Source of the DNA: Cetorhinus maximus
Taxonomy: Eukaryota
Direction: 5' to 3'
NCBI RefSeq assembly: GCF_964194155.1
Contig: NC_135893.1
Location: 84,754,001 to 84,818,000, forward strand
Length of the DNA: 64,000 bases
This document shows, piece by piece, positions 1 to 11,300 of the stretch (the stretch's first letter is position 1; the number at the start of each line of letters is the position of its first letter). The position numbers and the translations under genes are program-made. The notes under the pieces are model-generated. The model made no database searches. It worked only from the letters and a program-made list of their open reading frames with translations, and was not told the origin of the DNA.

Positions 1-2283
1 GGGCCGAGGACAGTACCCTAAGGAACTCTTGCAGTGAGTTACTGGAACTGAGATGACTGACCTCCAACAACCACAACTATCTTCTTTTGTGCTAGGTATG
101 ACTCCAACCAGCAGAGAGTTTTCCGATTCCCATTGACTCCAGTTTTGCTAGGGCTCCTTGATGCCACACACAGTCAAAAGCGGCCTTGATGTCAAGAGCA
201 GTCACTCTTACCTCACCTTGGAAGTTCAGCTCTTTTGTCCATGTTTGAACCAAGGCTGTAATGAGGTTAGGAGCTGAGTGATCCTGGTGGAACCCAAACT
301 GAGCATCTCTGAGCAGGTCATTGCTAAGCAAGTGGCACTTGATAGCATTGTTGATGACCCCTTCCATCACTTTACTGATGATTGAGGGTAGATTGATGGG
401 GTGGTAATTGGCTGGGTTGCATTGGTTCTGCTTTGTGCATTCAGGACATACCTGGGCAATTTTCTGGGTAGAGGCCAGCATTGTAGCTGTACTGGAACAG
501 CTTGGCTAGGGGCGCAGCAAGTTCTGGAGCACAAGTCTTCAGTACTATTGCCAGAATATTGTCAGGGCCCATAACCTTTGCAGTATCCAATGTCTTCAGC
601 CGTTTCTTGATATTACTTGGAGTGAATCAAATTGGCTGAAGACTGGCACCTATGATGCTAGGAACCTCCAGAGGAGACCGAGGTGGATCATCCACTTGGC
701 ACTTCTGGCTGAAGATTGTTGCAAATGCTTTTGTAGCCTTATCTTTTGCACTGTTGTGCTGGGCTCTTCCATCATTGAGGATAGGGATATTTGTGGAACC
801 TCCTCCTCCAGTGAGTTGTTTAATTGTCCACCACCATTCACGACTGGATGAGGCAGGACTGCAGAGCTTCAGTCTGATCTGTTTGTTGTGGAATCGCTTA
901 GCTCTGTCTATTGCATACTCCTTACGCTGTTTGGCCATGCAAGTAGTCCGGAGTTATAGCTTCACCAGATTGACACCTCATTTTTAGATATGCCTGGTGC
1001 TGCTCCTGGCATGCCCTCCTGCATTCTTCATTGAACCAAGGTTGAACCCCTGGCTTGGTGATAATGGTAGAGCAGGGGATATGCCAGGCCATGAGGTTAC
1101 AGATTGTGTTCGAGTACAATTCTGCTGCTGAATATGGCGCCTCATGGATGCCCAGTCTTGAGTTGCTAGATCTGTTTGAAGTCCCCACTTAGCACAGTGG
1201 TAGGGCCACACAACACGATGGAGAGTATCCTCAATGTGAAGGCAGGACTTCATCTCCACAAGGACTGTACAGTAGTCACTCCTACCAATGCTCTCATGGA
1301 CAGATGCATCTGCAGCAGGCAGGTTGGTGAGGAAGAGGTCAAGTATGTTTTCCCTCTTGTCGGTTCCCTCACCACCTGCTGCAGACCCAGTCTAGCAGCT
1401 ATGTTCTTTAGGACTTAGCCAGTTCAGTCCATGGTGGAGCTACCAAGCCACTCTTGATGATGGACATTGAAGTCCGCCACCCAGAGTACATTCTGCACCC
1501 TTGCCACCCTCAGTGCTTCCTTCAAATGGTGTTCAACATGGAGGCGTACTGACTCATCAGCTTGGCGGGGGGTGGTGGTGGCAGTACGTGGCAATCAGCA
1601 GGAGGTTTCATTGCTCATGTTTGACCTGATGCCATGAGACTTCATGGGGTCCAGAGTCGACGCTGAGGACTCCTAGGGCAACTGCCTCCCTACTGTATGC
1701 CACTGTGCCGCCACCTCTGCTGGGTCTGTCCTGCCGATGGAACAGGACATACTCAGGGATGGTGGTGGTGATGGCGTCTCTTATTATCTGTGAGGTATGA
1801 CTCCATGAGGATGACTATGTAAGGCTGTTGCTTGACTAGTCTGAGACAGCTCTCCTAATTTTGGCACAAGTCCCGAGATGTTGGTAAGGAGGACTTTGCA
1901 GGGTTGACAGGGCTAGGTTTGCCGAGCAGTCCATCCGGTTTCATTCCTTATAGACTTCGTAGCGGTTTTATACAACTGAGTGGTTTGCTAGGCCATTTTA
2001 GAGGGTGGTTAAGAGTCAACCACGCTGCTGTGGGTCTGGAGTCACATGTTGGCCAGACCCAGAAAGGACAGCAGATTTCCTTCCCCAAAGGACATTATGA
2101 ACCAGATGGGTTTTTACAACAATCAACAATGGTTTCACGGTCATCATTAGACCCTTAATTCCAGATTTTTATTGAATTCAAATTCCACCATCTGCCGTGG
2201 TGAGATTCGAACCTGGGTCCCCAGAACATTACTCTAAATCTCTGGATTACTAGTCCAGTGACAATACCCACTATGTCCCCGCA
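1..2283 (-). mobile_element. Degenerate non-LTR retrotransposon (CR1/L2 group, possibly Crack/Daphne-like) with tRNA-like 5' head
   Basis: Broken EN/RT frames (NYHPINLPSIISKVME, AQFGF, LDIKAAFD). EN N-terminus near 1899. Box B GGTTCGAATC at 2204-2213 on minus. Confidence 0.8.
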
Positions 2284-2300
2284 TACATTGCTCTCCATAC

Positions 2301-2396
2301 CCGTAATATAGCCTGCACAATCTGCAAGGGGTAGGTCGCCATCGTGGCAATCGCTTTTGCTATGGCTCCAATCATAAATATTTCCCAGGACGGTAT
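2301..2396 (-). CDS. SLC25A17: SLC25A17-like exon 7
   Basis: [32 protein letters not shown]; 96 nt; GTATGG donor. Confidence 0.92.
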
Positions 2397-5300
2397 CTGC
2401 AAAGAGATTCATCATATCTGTTAAAGTCAAGTGTTCTTCTTTCTTTTGTAATACTGCTGATAATTACCATGACTTTTAATGCAAGAAAGATTATGTCCCC
2501 ACACGGTTCAAGGAAGAAAAGCTTAACCGCAGTCCTGACGCTGAAATATTATTGCTCAGGCAGTGAGTCCATGAGCTTGCAAGTGCTAAACCCCTACAGG
2601 TACCTGTCTCCCTGCTTTGCTGGCTTTTCGTTTCAACCCCTCATAAAACATGAACTGGATTCCAGGATTACAGACCAAGATAAGGGATGGTAGGATCCCA
2701 TTCCAGAGAGTTCCCACACCTTCGTTTGTGATGATCTGTTGAAAGGCATCTGAAGAGAAAGGGGCAGTTAAATTTGACAACACTTTTCCTCCAACATACC
2801 CTGACGTCTCACCCACTACATGTTGATTACAACACCCCCCCCCCACCCCCCCGCATCCCCAAATATTATGGCCAGTAATGTTCCTCAGTTTGGCACAGCT
2901 GGCATTCTGTGTGGCTAAGATATAATGACATTGAGTTATATAGAATATATAGTACGGAAACCCCAGACCGACCAACCCATGCCAGCATTGATGTTCCAAT
3001 CGAGCTTCCTCCCATCCTTCCTCATCCTAATGCTCAGCGTGACCTTCTATTACTTTCCCCTCATGTGTTTATCTGGCTCACCCTTAAATGCATCCATACA
3101 AATCGCCCAACCACTTCCTATAATAGCAACTTCTACATTCTTACCACTCTGAGTAAGAAGTTTTTGAATTCTTTATTTGACTTCTTAACTATCTTACGTT
3201 GATAGTTGTATCTAGGTTTGCTCTTCTCTACAAGCGGAAACACTGCATCTACTCCATCAAAACCCTTCATAATTTTAAAGACCTTTATTAGACCCCTATT
3301 AAACAATGGTTTGTTTTTGCTTTTTACTTAGAATTCTACTAATCCAAAGAGAAGGTAAACAGCAACTGGGCTTAGCTGTGTAAATAGTTCAGATCAAGAG
3401 ATTTAGATTTAGAGATCAAGTTGCCTCTTTTTTCTCTTCCACCCCACCATCTACCTCAACAAGAACCACTACCACTTATTCTATCCCTCAGCCAAATGCT
3501 GCAAATATTATTCATGAAGCTTCTTTATCTTAAAAAATTATACTTTGTTTACTTTAATATTTGCAACATATGCTAGTTTGGTGCAGCCGTGCACAGCACT
3601 ACATTGAGTGCTTGTCCACAAAGTTCTCAATCCCAATCTGGCACAACAAGTGCCAAAGTGTCTGAGGCAAGAATCACAATGGGGCTGGTCTCTGGCACCT
3701 CGTCACAAGAAGTTTAGGTCAGCCTGTGAGCTATGATTTTGGCAGTGGCTGGTGGATTAAAGGCTGCGAATATACAAACTAAACAGTTGATAATTTGCCT
3801 AAGTAATCTCATAAAATAAAACAAATCGACTGGATTTTCCCTTTTGTTAAAGAAGAAATTGTGACTAATCTCTATGTTGCTTTCTCCACTCGGTCAAACT
3901 GAATTAAGTTCCTATTGAAAATGAGGAAAAGATTAAGGACAGACTAACATATTTTGACTTGATTGTGCAGTTTGGTCAGAATGCAAGAATATTTCATTTT
4001 CAGATATTGGGGGTCTGATGGTCTGGGGAGCAAAGGGGAACCCAACTTCAATATTTGTTACAGTTCCAGAACCAATTCAAGATTTTTATACTAAACAAAG
4101 TGGCCTGCTGTAAATAGTGATTTTCCACACCATCATGCTCACCCTCTCCCATTAGTCAATACTACAATTTAACAGTGAATGGGTTCCTTTTCCTTGCTGA
4201 CACAATCACGCAAACTATTTTTAATTTCCACAGTAATTTTTCTTTGTATTTCTAAGTGCTGAAGCAGAAAGGATTTACTGAAAACAGTTCATTTACTAGT
4301 TTGAAGACTCACCGAGAATACCTTTGTACTCAGTCTGATGGACATCCTCTTTTCGAAACTTTGCTCCTTGCAGTTTCAATCTTGTATTGACTACCCACAT
4401 TGGCGTTGTTAGGACAACATTAGTAGCACCTAACCAAACAAATAGGCGATTAATTCTACAAATTCCCAATGACGGCCCTTTAGTAAGTGCAGGTTGATCA
4501 TTGTATACCAGTGCATAATATATGAATTCTAAATTGCTATATAATACATCACAGTTTGCAGCATGGGAATGGGCTTTCTCTTTTAAACAACTGTCACATT
4601 CTATCTGGAGATCTGATGGCTGCCTTAATTAAAGCACAATGTCAAGAGTTGTACCAAAAATTTGGATTTCATTTCAAAATGGATTATGCCAGCAAAGCAA
4701 AAGGACCAAGGTAAGTGGAATAACCCTGCCCCCAGCTGAGATCAGCTCATTTAGAATAGGCCGAGGAACTGAATTTGGGACATTCCTTATCGGTGCTGCT
4801 CAGCCCCTCAATGATGGATAAAATCAATCAGGCAGATAGCAAAACCCTCGCCTGTAGTTGCCTGACCCAATTAAACAAATGAGAAGGCTTTCTCCCCATA
4901 ATCGCAAAGTTCAAGAATTTTACTTTGACTAGTCCTCTGAGTCCACCCACTATTGTGCATCTCATCACTTACAATCTCTCCTCAGTTCCATAGGCTCATC
5001 CAAAATTCTGCTACCCAGGTCCTGACTCGTATCAAGTCTTGAGTCCGTATGACTCTTCTTCTGAAGAGTCATACCGTCTCGAAACGTTAACTGTGTTCCT
5101 CTCCGCAGATGCTGTCAGACCTGCTGAGTTTTTCCAGCTATTTTTGTTTTTGTTTCAGATTTCCAGCATCCACAGTATTTTGCTTTTATTGTATCAAGTC
5201 TTGTTCACCCATCACCTCTGTACTTGCTGGGTGACATGTGCAAGTGGCCAAGAGCCAATCTCCACAATTTCCATTGCTCCACTATTGATGGCCGTACCTT

Positions 5301-8300
5301 GAGCTGCCTAGGCCCAAGACTCCTTAATTCCCTCTCCGAATCTTCCCGTCTCTTCACCTCTCTCTCTTCCTGTAAGGCGCTCCTTAAAATCCACTTCCTT
5401 GATCGAGCTTTTGATCATTTAACCTAATATTTCCTCGTGTGACTCCCGGCACATTTTGTTTTATAATGTGCCTTTGAGATGTTTTATTAAATGAAAGGCG
5501 TTATACAAATACAAGTTGTGTTGCTATGAAAATTTATTTTATCAGTGTTTGTCATTATCATTCAGGAACTAAAGATCAAATTCTTGGAGTGATATTCTAG
5601 CACAGTTCTCAACTGATTAGGAATCAGTCACAGGATTGCCTAGAATCTAACAATTCTAATAATGAAGTCTGGACACAGGGCAAAAACAGAATTACCTGGA
5701 AAAACTCAGCAGGTAATTCTGTTTTTGTTTTGGATTTCCAGCATCCGCAGTAGTTTTTTGTTTTTATCTCTGGACACAGGGCAGCTTTCAACCCCATTAA
5801 GCATCATTCTCTACCTGCAATGCAACCCATCAGCAGATCTTTGCTTGGTGTAGCCCTGCCATTACCCTTCACCAACATTGCTTTCAGGCTGTTGAATGTG
5901 TAGAAGTAAACAAAGTTCGAACAGCAAACACTAGAAATGACAGGGAACAATCCACGATACAGAGCTGATCTGAAACAGAGAGAAAAGGGAGGCTCAGCAT
6001 TCTGTGCTTGACATTAGGAATCCCTCTGAGCAAACCAAACCACTAAGTATTTAGTAATTAACGGTCTCTAAGCCAGTTAGAAATGACACATTCCGACTCA
6101 CAACTAGGTCATGGATCAGAGGAGCTAAACCTGCAAATGCTGCCAGACATTATTTCTTGAAACCTATTGATGAAGGTCAGCCAGCAGCTGCAAAGAGGGA
6201 AATAATGGTTTTGGAATTTTCTGTGTGTATATCCTTCAGAGAGTGTGGTTGTCTTATGAAGGCTACACATCTGAAACAGCAGGATCTGTTGGCTCTGCCT
6301 GGATGCTAATTGACCCATTGATTTCCTTTTTTATTTTACTTTGAGTGACCGATTAATTTTTTTTAAAAATCATTTAATCTGTTTGAATTGCATTGGTACA
6401 AAATAAACTGCCATACTTGAACACATCACTTATTTCTGAAACTTAATTCCCAACAATTACATAAAAAGCAGGAACAAATAGATTTACTTTGCACTCAGGC
6501 CCATTACCTGGTGAACATCACTAGCAGAATAAATACATTGAATAATGCAGCTGTTAAAAGATCAGCACTCTTTAATAAGGCAAGCCCAGATAAGCATAAG
6601 GGAGAAAGTATTGGAAGTATATGCTGATAGGTTGAGCTGAAGAGTGGTGGGGAGCATAAACACCAACATTGACTAGTCGGGCCGTATGGCCCACTTCTGT
6701 GCTTAGATTATGTAATACTCACAAGCCTTCCTCTTTCACAATTTCTGCCAGTATCACAGGTGTGGCGCTGGATTTACGTTTTTCATCAACTAAAGTAAAT
6801 GCAGGCAAGAATGAGGGGAGTTAGAAATCGGAGTGACTATTCTTAAGCAATATACATTACTGGCCAAAAATATATATGTACTGACCTCAAAATTTAGACA
6901 AATACTGTGTTTAATTTCTTTGTCCTTAATATTAGAATACCTCCAACCTATGGTCATTCTGCTCCTGAATGATGTATGCTACTACACCAGTGTGCAGACA
7001 GACTCAGTAAATGTGCTTGTACAGCTACATTAATATATTCTCTCTCAGGTCCAACCCTGACTTTGTTATCAAACCTGCCGACAAGGGCTGTTGTTGTCAG
7101 GCGTACTGATCTCTACCTCGCAGAGGTTGAGCACCAACTCGCAGACACTTCCTCCTACCTCCCCCTGGACCATGACCCCACCACCGAACATCAAGCCATT
7201 GTTTCCAGTACTGTCACTGACCTCATCTCCTCTGGAGATCTTCCCTCCACAGCTTCCAACCTCAGTCTTCCAACCTCAGACAGCCCGCTTCTACCTCCTC
7301 CCCAAAATCCACAAACAAGACTGTCCCGGTAGACCAATCGTGTCAGTCTGTTCCTGCCCCACAGAACTAATTTCTTCCTATCTTGACTCTGTTCCCTCTC
7401 CCCTTGTCCAGTTTCTTCACACTTACATCCGCGATTCCTCTGATGCCCTACATCATATCAACAATTTCCAGTTCCCTGGCCCCAACCGCCTCCTCTTCAT
7501 CATGGACGTCCAATCCCTCTGGACCATCATCCCCCACCAGGATGGTCTGAGGGCTCTCCGCTTCTTCGTTGAACAGAGGCCCGAACAATCCTCATCCACC
7601 ACCACCCTCCTCCATCTGGCTGAACTCGTTCTCTCACTGAACAATTTCTACTTAAACTCCTCTCACTTCCTCCAAATAAAAGGTGTGGCTATGGGTACCC
7701 ACATGGGACCCAGTTATGCCTGTCTTTTTATGGGGTATGTGGAACATTCCTTGTTCCAGTCCTGCTCAGGCCCCCTCCCACAACTCTTTCTCCAGTACAT
7801 TGATGACTGTTTCAGTGCCACTTCATGCTCTCGTCTGGACCTGGAAAAATTTATTAATTTTGCTTCCAATTTCCACCCCTCCATCACTTTCACATGGTCC
7901 ATCACTGACACTTCCCTTCCCTTCCTTGACCTCTCTGTCTCAATTTCTGGTGATAGACTGTCCACCAATATTCATTATAAGTCCACCGACTCCCACAGCG
8001 ACTTCGACTACAACTCCTCACACGCCGCTTCCTGTAAAGACTCCATCCCATTCTCTCAGTTCCTTCGCCTTCTTCGCATCTGTTCTGATGACGCCACTTT
8101 CTAAAACAGTTTCTGACATGTTTTCCTTCTTCCTTAACTGAAGTTTCCCACTCATGGTGGTTGACAGGGCCCTCAGCCATGACTGACCCATCTCCCGTGC
8201 CTCTGCCCTCTCCCTCCCAGAACCATGATAGGGTCCCCCCGTCCTCACTTTTCACCCCACCAGCCTCCGCATTCAAAGGATCCTCCTCCAGCATTTCTGC

Positions 8301-11300
8301 CAACTCCAGCATGATGCCACCACCAAACACATCTTCCCTTCACCTCCCCCCCCCCCGTCAGCATTCCGTAGGGACTGTTCCCTCTGGGACACCCTGGTCC
8401 ATTCCTTCATCACCCCAAACACCTCAACCCACCCCCACGGCACCTTCCCATGCAATTGCAGAAGGTGCAACACCTGCTCCTTTACTTCCCCTCTCCTCAC
8501 CATCCAAAGCCCAAACACTCCTTTCAAGTGAAGCAGCATTTCACTTGCACTTCCCTCAATTTAATCTACTGCATCCGCTGCTCCCAATGCGGTCTCCTGT
8601 ACATTGGAGAGAGCAAATGCAGACTGGATGACCGCTTTGTGGAACACCTTCGGTGTGTCCGCAAGCATGACCCAGACCTCCCTGTCGCTTGCCATTACAA
8701 CACACCACCCTGCTCTCATGCCCACATATCCATCCTTGGGCTGCTGCAATGTTCTAGTGAAGCTCAACGCAAACTGGAGGAACAGCACCTCATCTTCCAA
8801 TTAGGCACTTTACAACCTTACGGACTTAACATTGAGTTCAACAACTTCAGACCATGAACTCTCTCCTCCATCCTCACCCCCTTTTTTCAAATATTTATTT
8901 TTAAATTTTTCATTGTTTTATCCCCACCTTTTAGCCTATTTCAATCTTTTTTCCCACACCGTTCCCCTCCCCCCACCCCACCTCACCCCTACTAGGGCCA
9001 TCTGTCACTTGCTCATTCTACTTTCTACTCTTAATGTAACCATTAGCACCTCCTTTAACCAGTATCACCACTATCACCACCCCTTCGATCTTTTGTTTAT
9101 GACATCTTTTGCAATCTCTCCTTTGCCTCCACCTATCACTGTCCTTCTATCCAGCTTCAGCTGTCCCACCCCCTTAAACAGTATATATTTCACCATATTT
9201 TTACTTCTCTTTAGTTCTCAAGAAGAGTCATACGGACTTGAAACATTAACTCTGTCTTTCTCTCCACAGATGCTGTCAGACCCACTGAGTTTTTCCAGCA
9301 CTTTTTGTTTTTGTTTCAGATTTCCAGCATCCGCGGTATTTTGCCTTTACATTAATATATTAACTAGTGTCCAAATTTTCTCTTTAGTGTCAGAATGTTT
9401 ATTCACGGGTTGATAGCAAAACTTTTCTGCGTTAAGCAAAAGGTTACACTGCTAGTTTGTGGGCAGTCAAGGTCTCAAGTCTTGTTACCCAGACAGACGG
9501 TCAAGACCAGGACACTAGACTCATTTACTTAGAAAATGTCAGCTAGATCATGTCATGGGGAGGCGATAGGGCTAGTATTCTGAAAGCATGAGATCAGAAT
9601 GGCCATTGGACCTTCTCCATCCAAAGCAGTCTTATGATCATGAGACAGTCAAGGAAATAGATGGAACGTTGCAAAATAGTAGAAGTGCTTGGACTGAATT
9701 CATTTTTCATTAGTGAAATTAGAGAACTGTTAAACAGGAAATAATTATCACGAGTCAGTAACATTCTAGGCATAAACGAGTGCAAGTTTTATGCATTTGT
9801 TTTTCTTAAATCAGCTCTATCGACCTACAAATCCATCTTGAGATCCTCATTTCACCTTCAAACAGCCACATGGCTTTGCTTCAGTGAAATATCAGAAGTC
9901 ACCTCAGTGACTTCCTTCAGCCCCGTGTCCCCATTTACAAACCTTCGCTCATTCCACCACAACCCTGCCCTCAGGAGTACCCAACCAAAATCTGGAATTC
10001 ACTTCACACAGAGGGCGAAGGCTGGGGTCCCATTAACCATATCGAGGGTTAAGATACAGATCAACCATGATCTAATTAAACGGCAGAGTAGGCTCGAGGG
10101 GCTGAGTGACCTCCTCCTGTTCCTAAAATCCTTCCACCTAACTCCCTCCTTCCGTTTTCTCTTCCATTGCTTGTTTGGCCTAGCCTCTTAACTCCCTCCA
10201 CACTGGTGTCCATTTTACTCACAAAAACCTATAAATCTCTGGTACATTTTCCCAACACGGTCATAGCTACTTAAAGCACAAACTGTTGGTTCAAATTATG
10301 AATACCAGTTACTTGAAATATTTTAATCAAAAATAATTTCAATAATGAATAGGCGTACTATAAAAATCCAAATTGCAACAACATAAAAGCAGTTTGCTTT
10401 GTAATTCTATACAGTGATTTGGGGCTATAAGTAGTTTTTTTTTACTGTATAAGCTGTAGGTTCAGAAAAAACTGGATTATTTATGTTACAATTCCAACCT
10501 TGAAGTCGTATCCTCGCAGTGTCCAAAGGGAAAAACGTTGTTGTGGCAGTCACACTACCCTGCAGAAAACAAAGTGAGGGAAAAGAAGTGTTATCCTGCA
10601 CTTTCCAAAAAGGGTCCTATAATAGTAATTGGAGGAGGGAGTGCTGACACATATTCCTCGCTCTAGTCCAAGGACACTGGCCTGGCCCAACCAACTCCAA
10701 CCCAGTACCATTAAGTCATTGGGAGCATGTCCCACCTGTTTGGTTTAAGCTGATTTTTGAAAATTAACCAATCACATCCTGGGGTTCCTGGATCACAGGG
10801 TCAATAGACTGAACTTAGTTGAAATAATTGCAGTGAGACAACAATAGTCAACTAATGGTCTCAAATCATTTAGAAATAGGCAGGTTTTAAATTCATTCTC
10901 AATGTGTGGGCAACTCTAACACTTAGTTCCCATCCCTAGTTTGAAAGAGACTAAAATTGGAATGTTGGATATTAAAATAAGTATTTTATGTCAGACGATA
11001 AGCACAATTGATAAAACGTCCCCCTTGCAGTTTGATGACTTATGCAACTAAATGACATGACCTAGGAAATAGGAGTAGGAGTAGGCCATTCGAGCCTGCT
11101 CCGCCATTCAACTAGATCATGGCTGATCTTCTACCTCAATGCCATTTTCCTCACTATCTCCACGTTCCTTGATGTCTTTAATATCTAAAAATCTATCAAC
11201 CTCTGTCTGCCTTGAAGATACTCCATGACTGAGTCTCCACAGCCCTCTGAGGTGGAGAATTCCAAAGATTCACCAGCCTCTGAGTGAAGAAATTCCTCCT

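Noticed and set aside
2190-2283. tRNA gene
   Set aside because: Box B is present but there is no full cloverleaf; it is a retroelement head, as are the other SINE heads
7091-8857. RT plus nuclease as a retron or other defence system
   Set aside because: RT + GIY-YIG with a terminal repeat and TSD is the standard Penelope architecture in an animal intron
8832-9413. 193-aa hydrophobic ORF
   Set aside because: Translation of the pyrimidine-rich Penelope 3' terminal region; not kept open in sister copies
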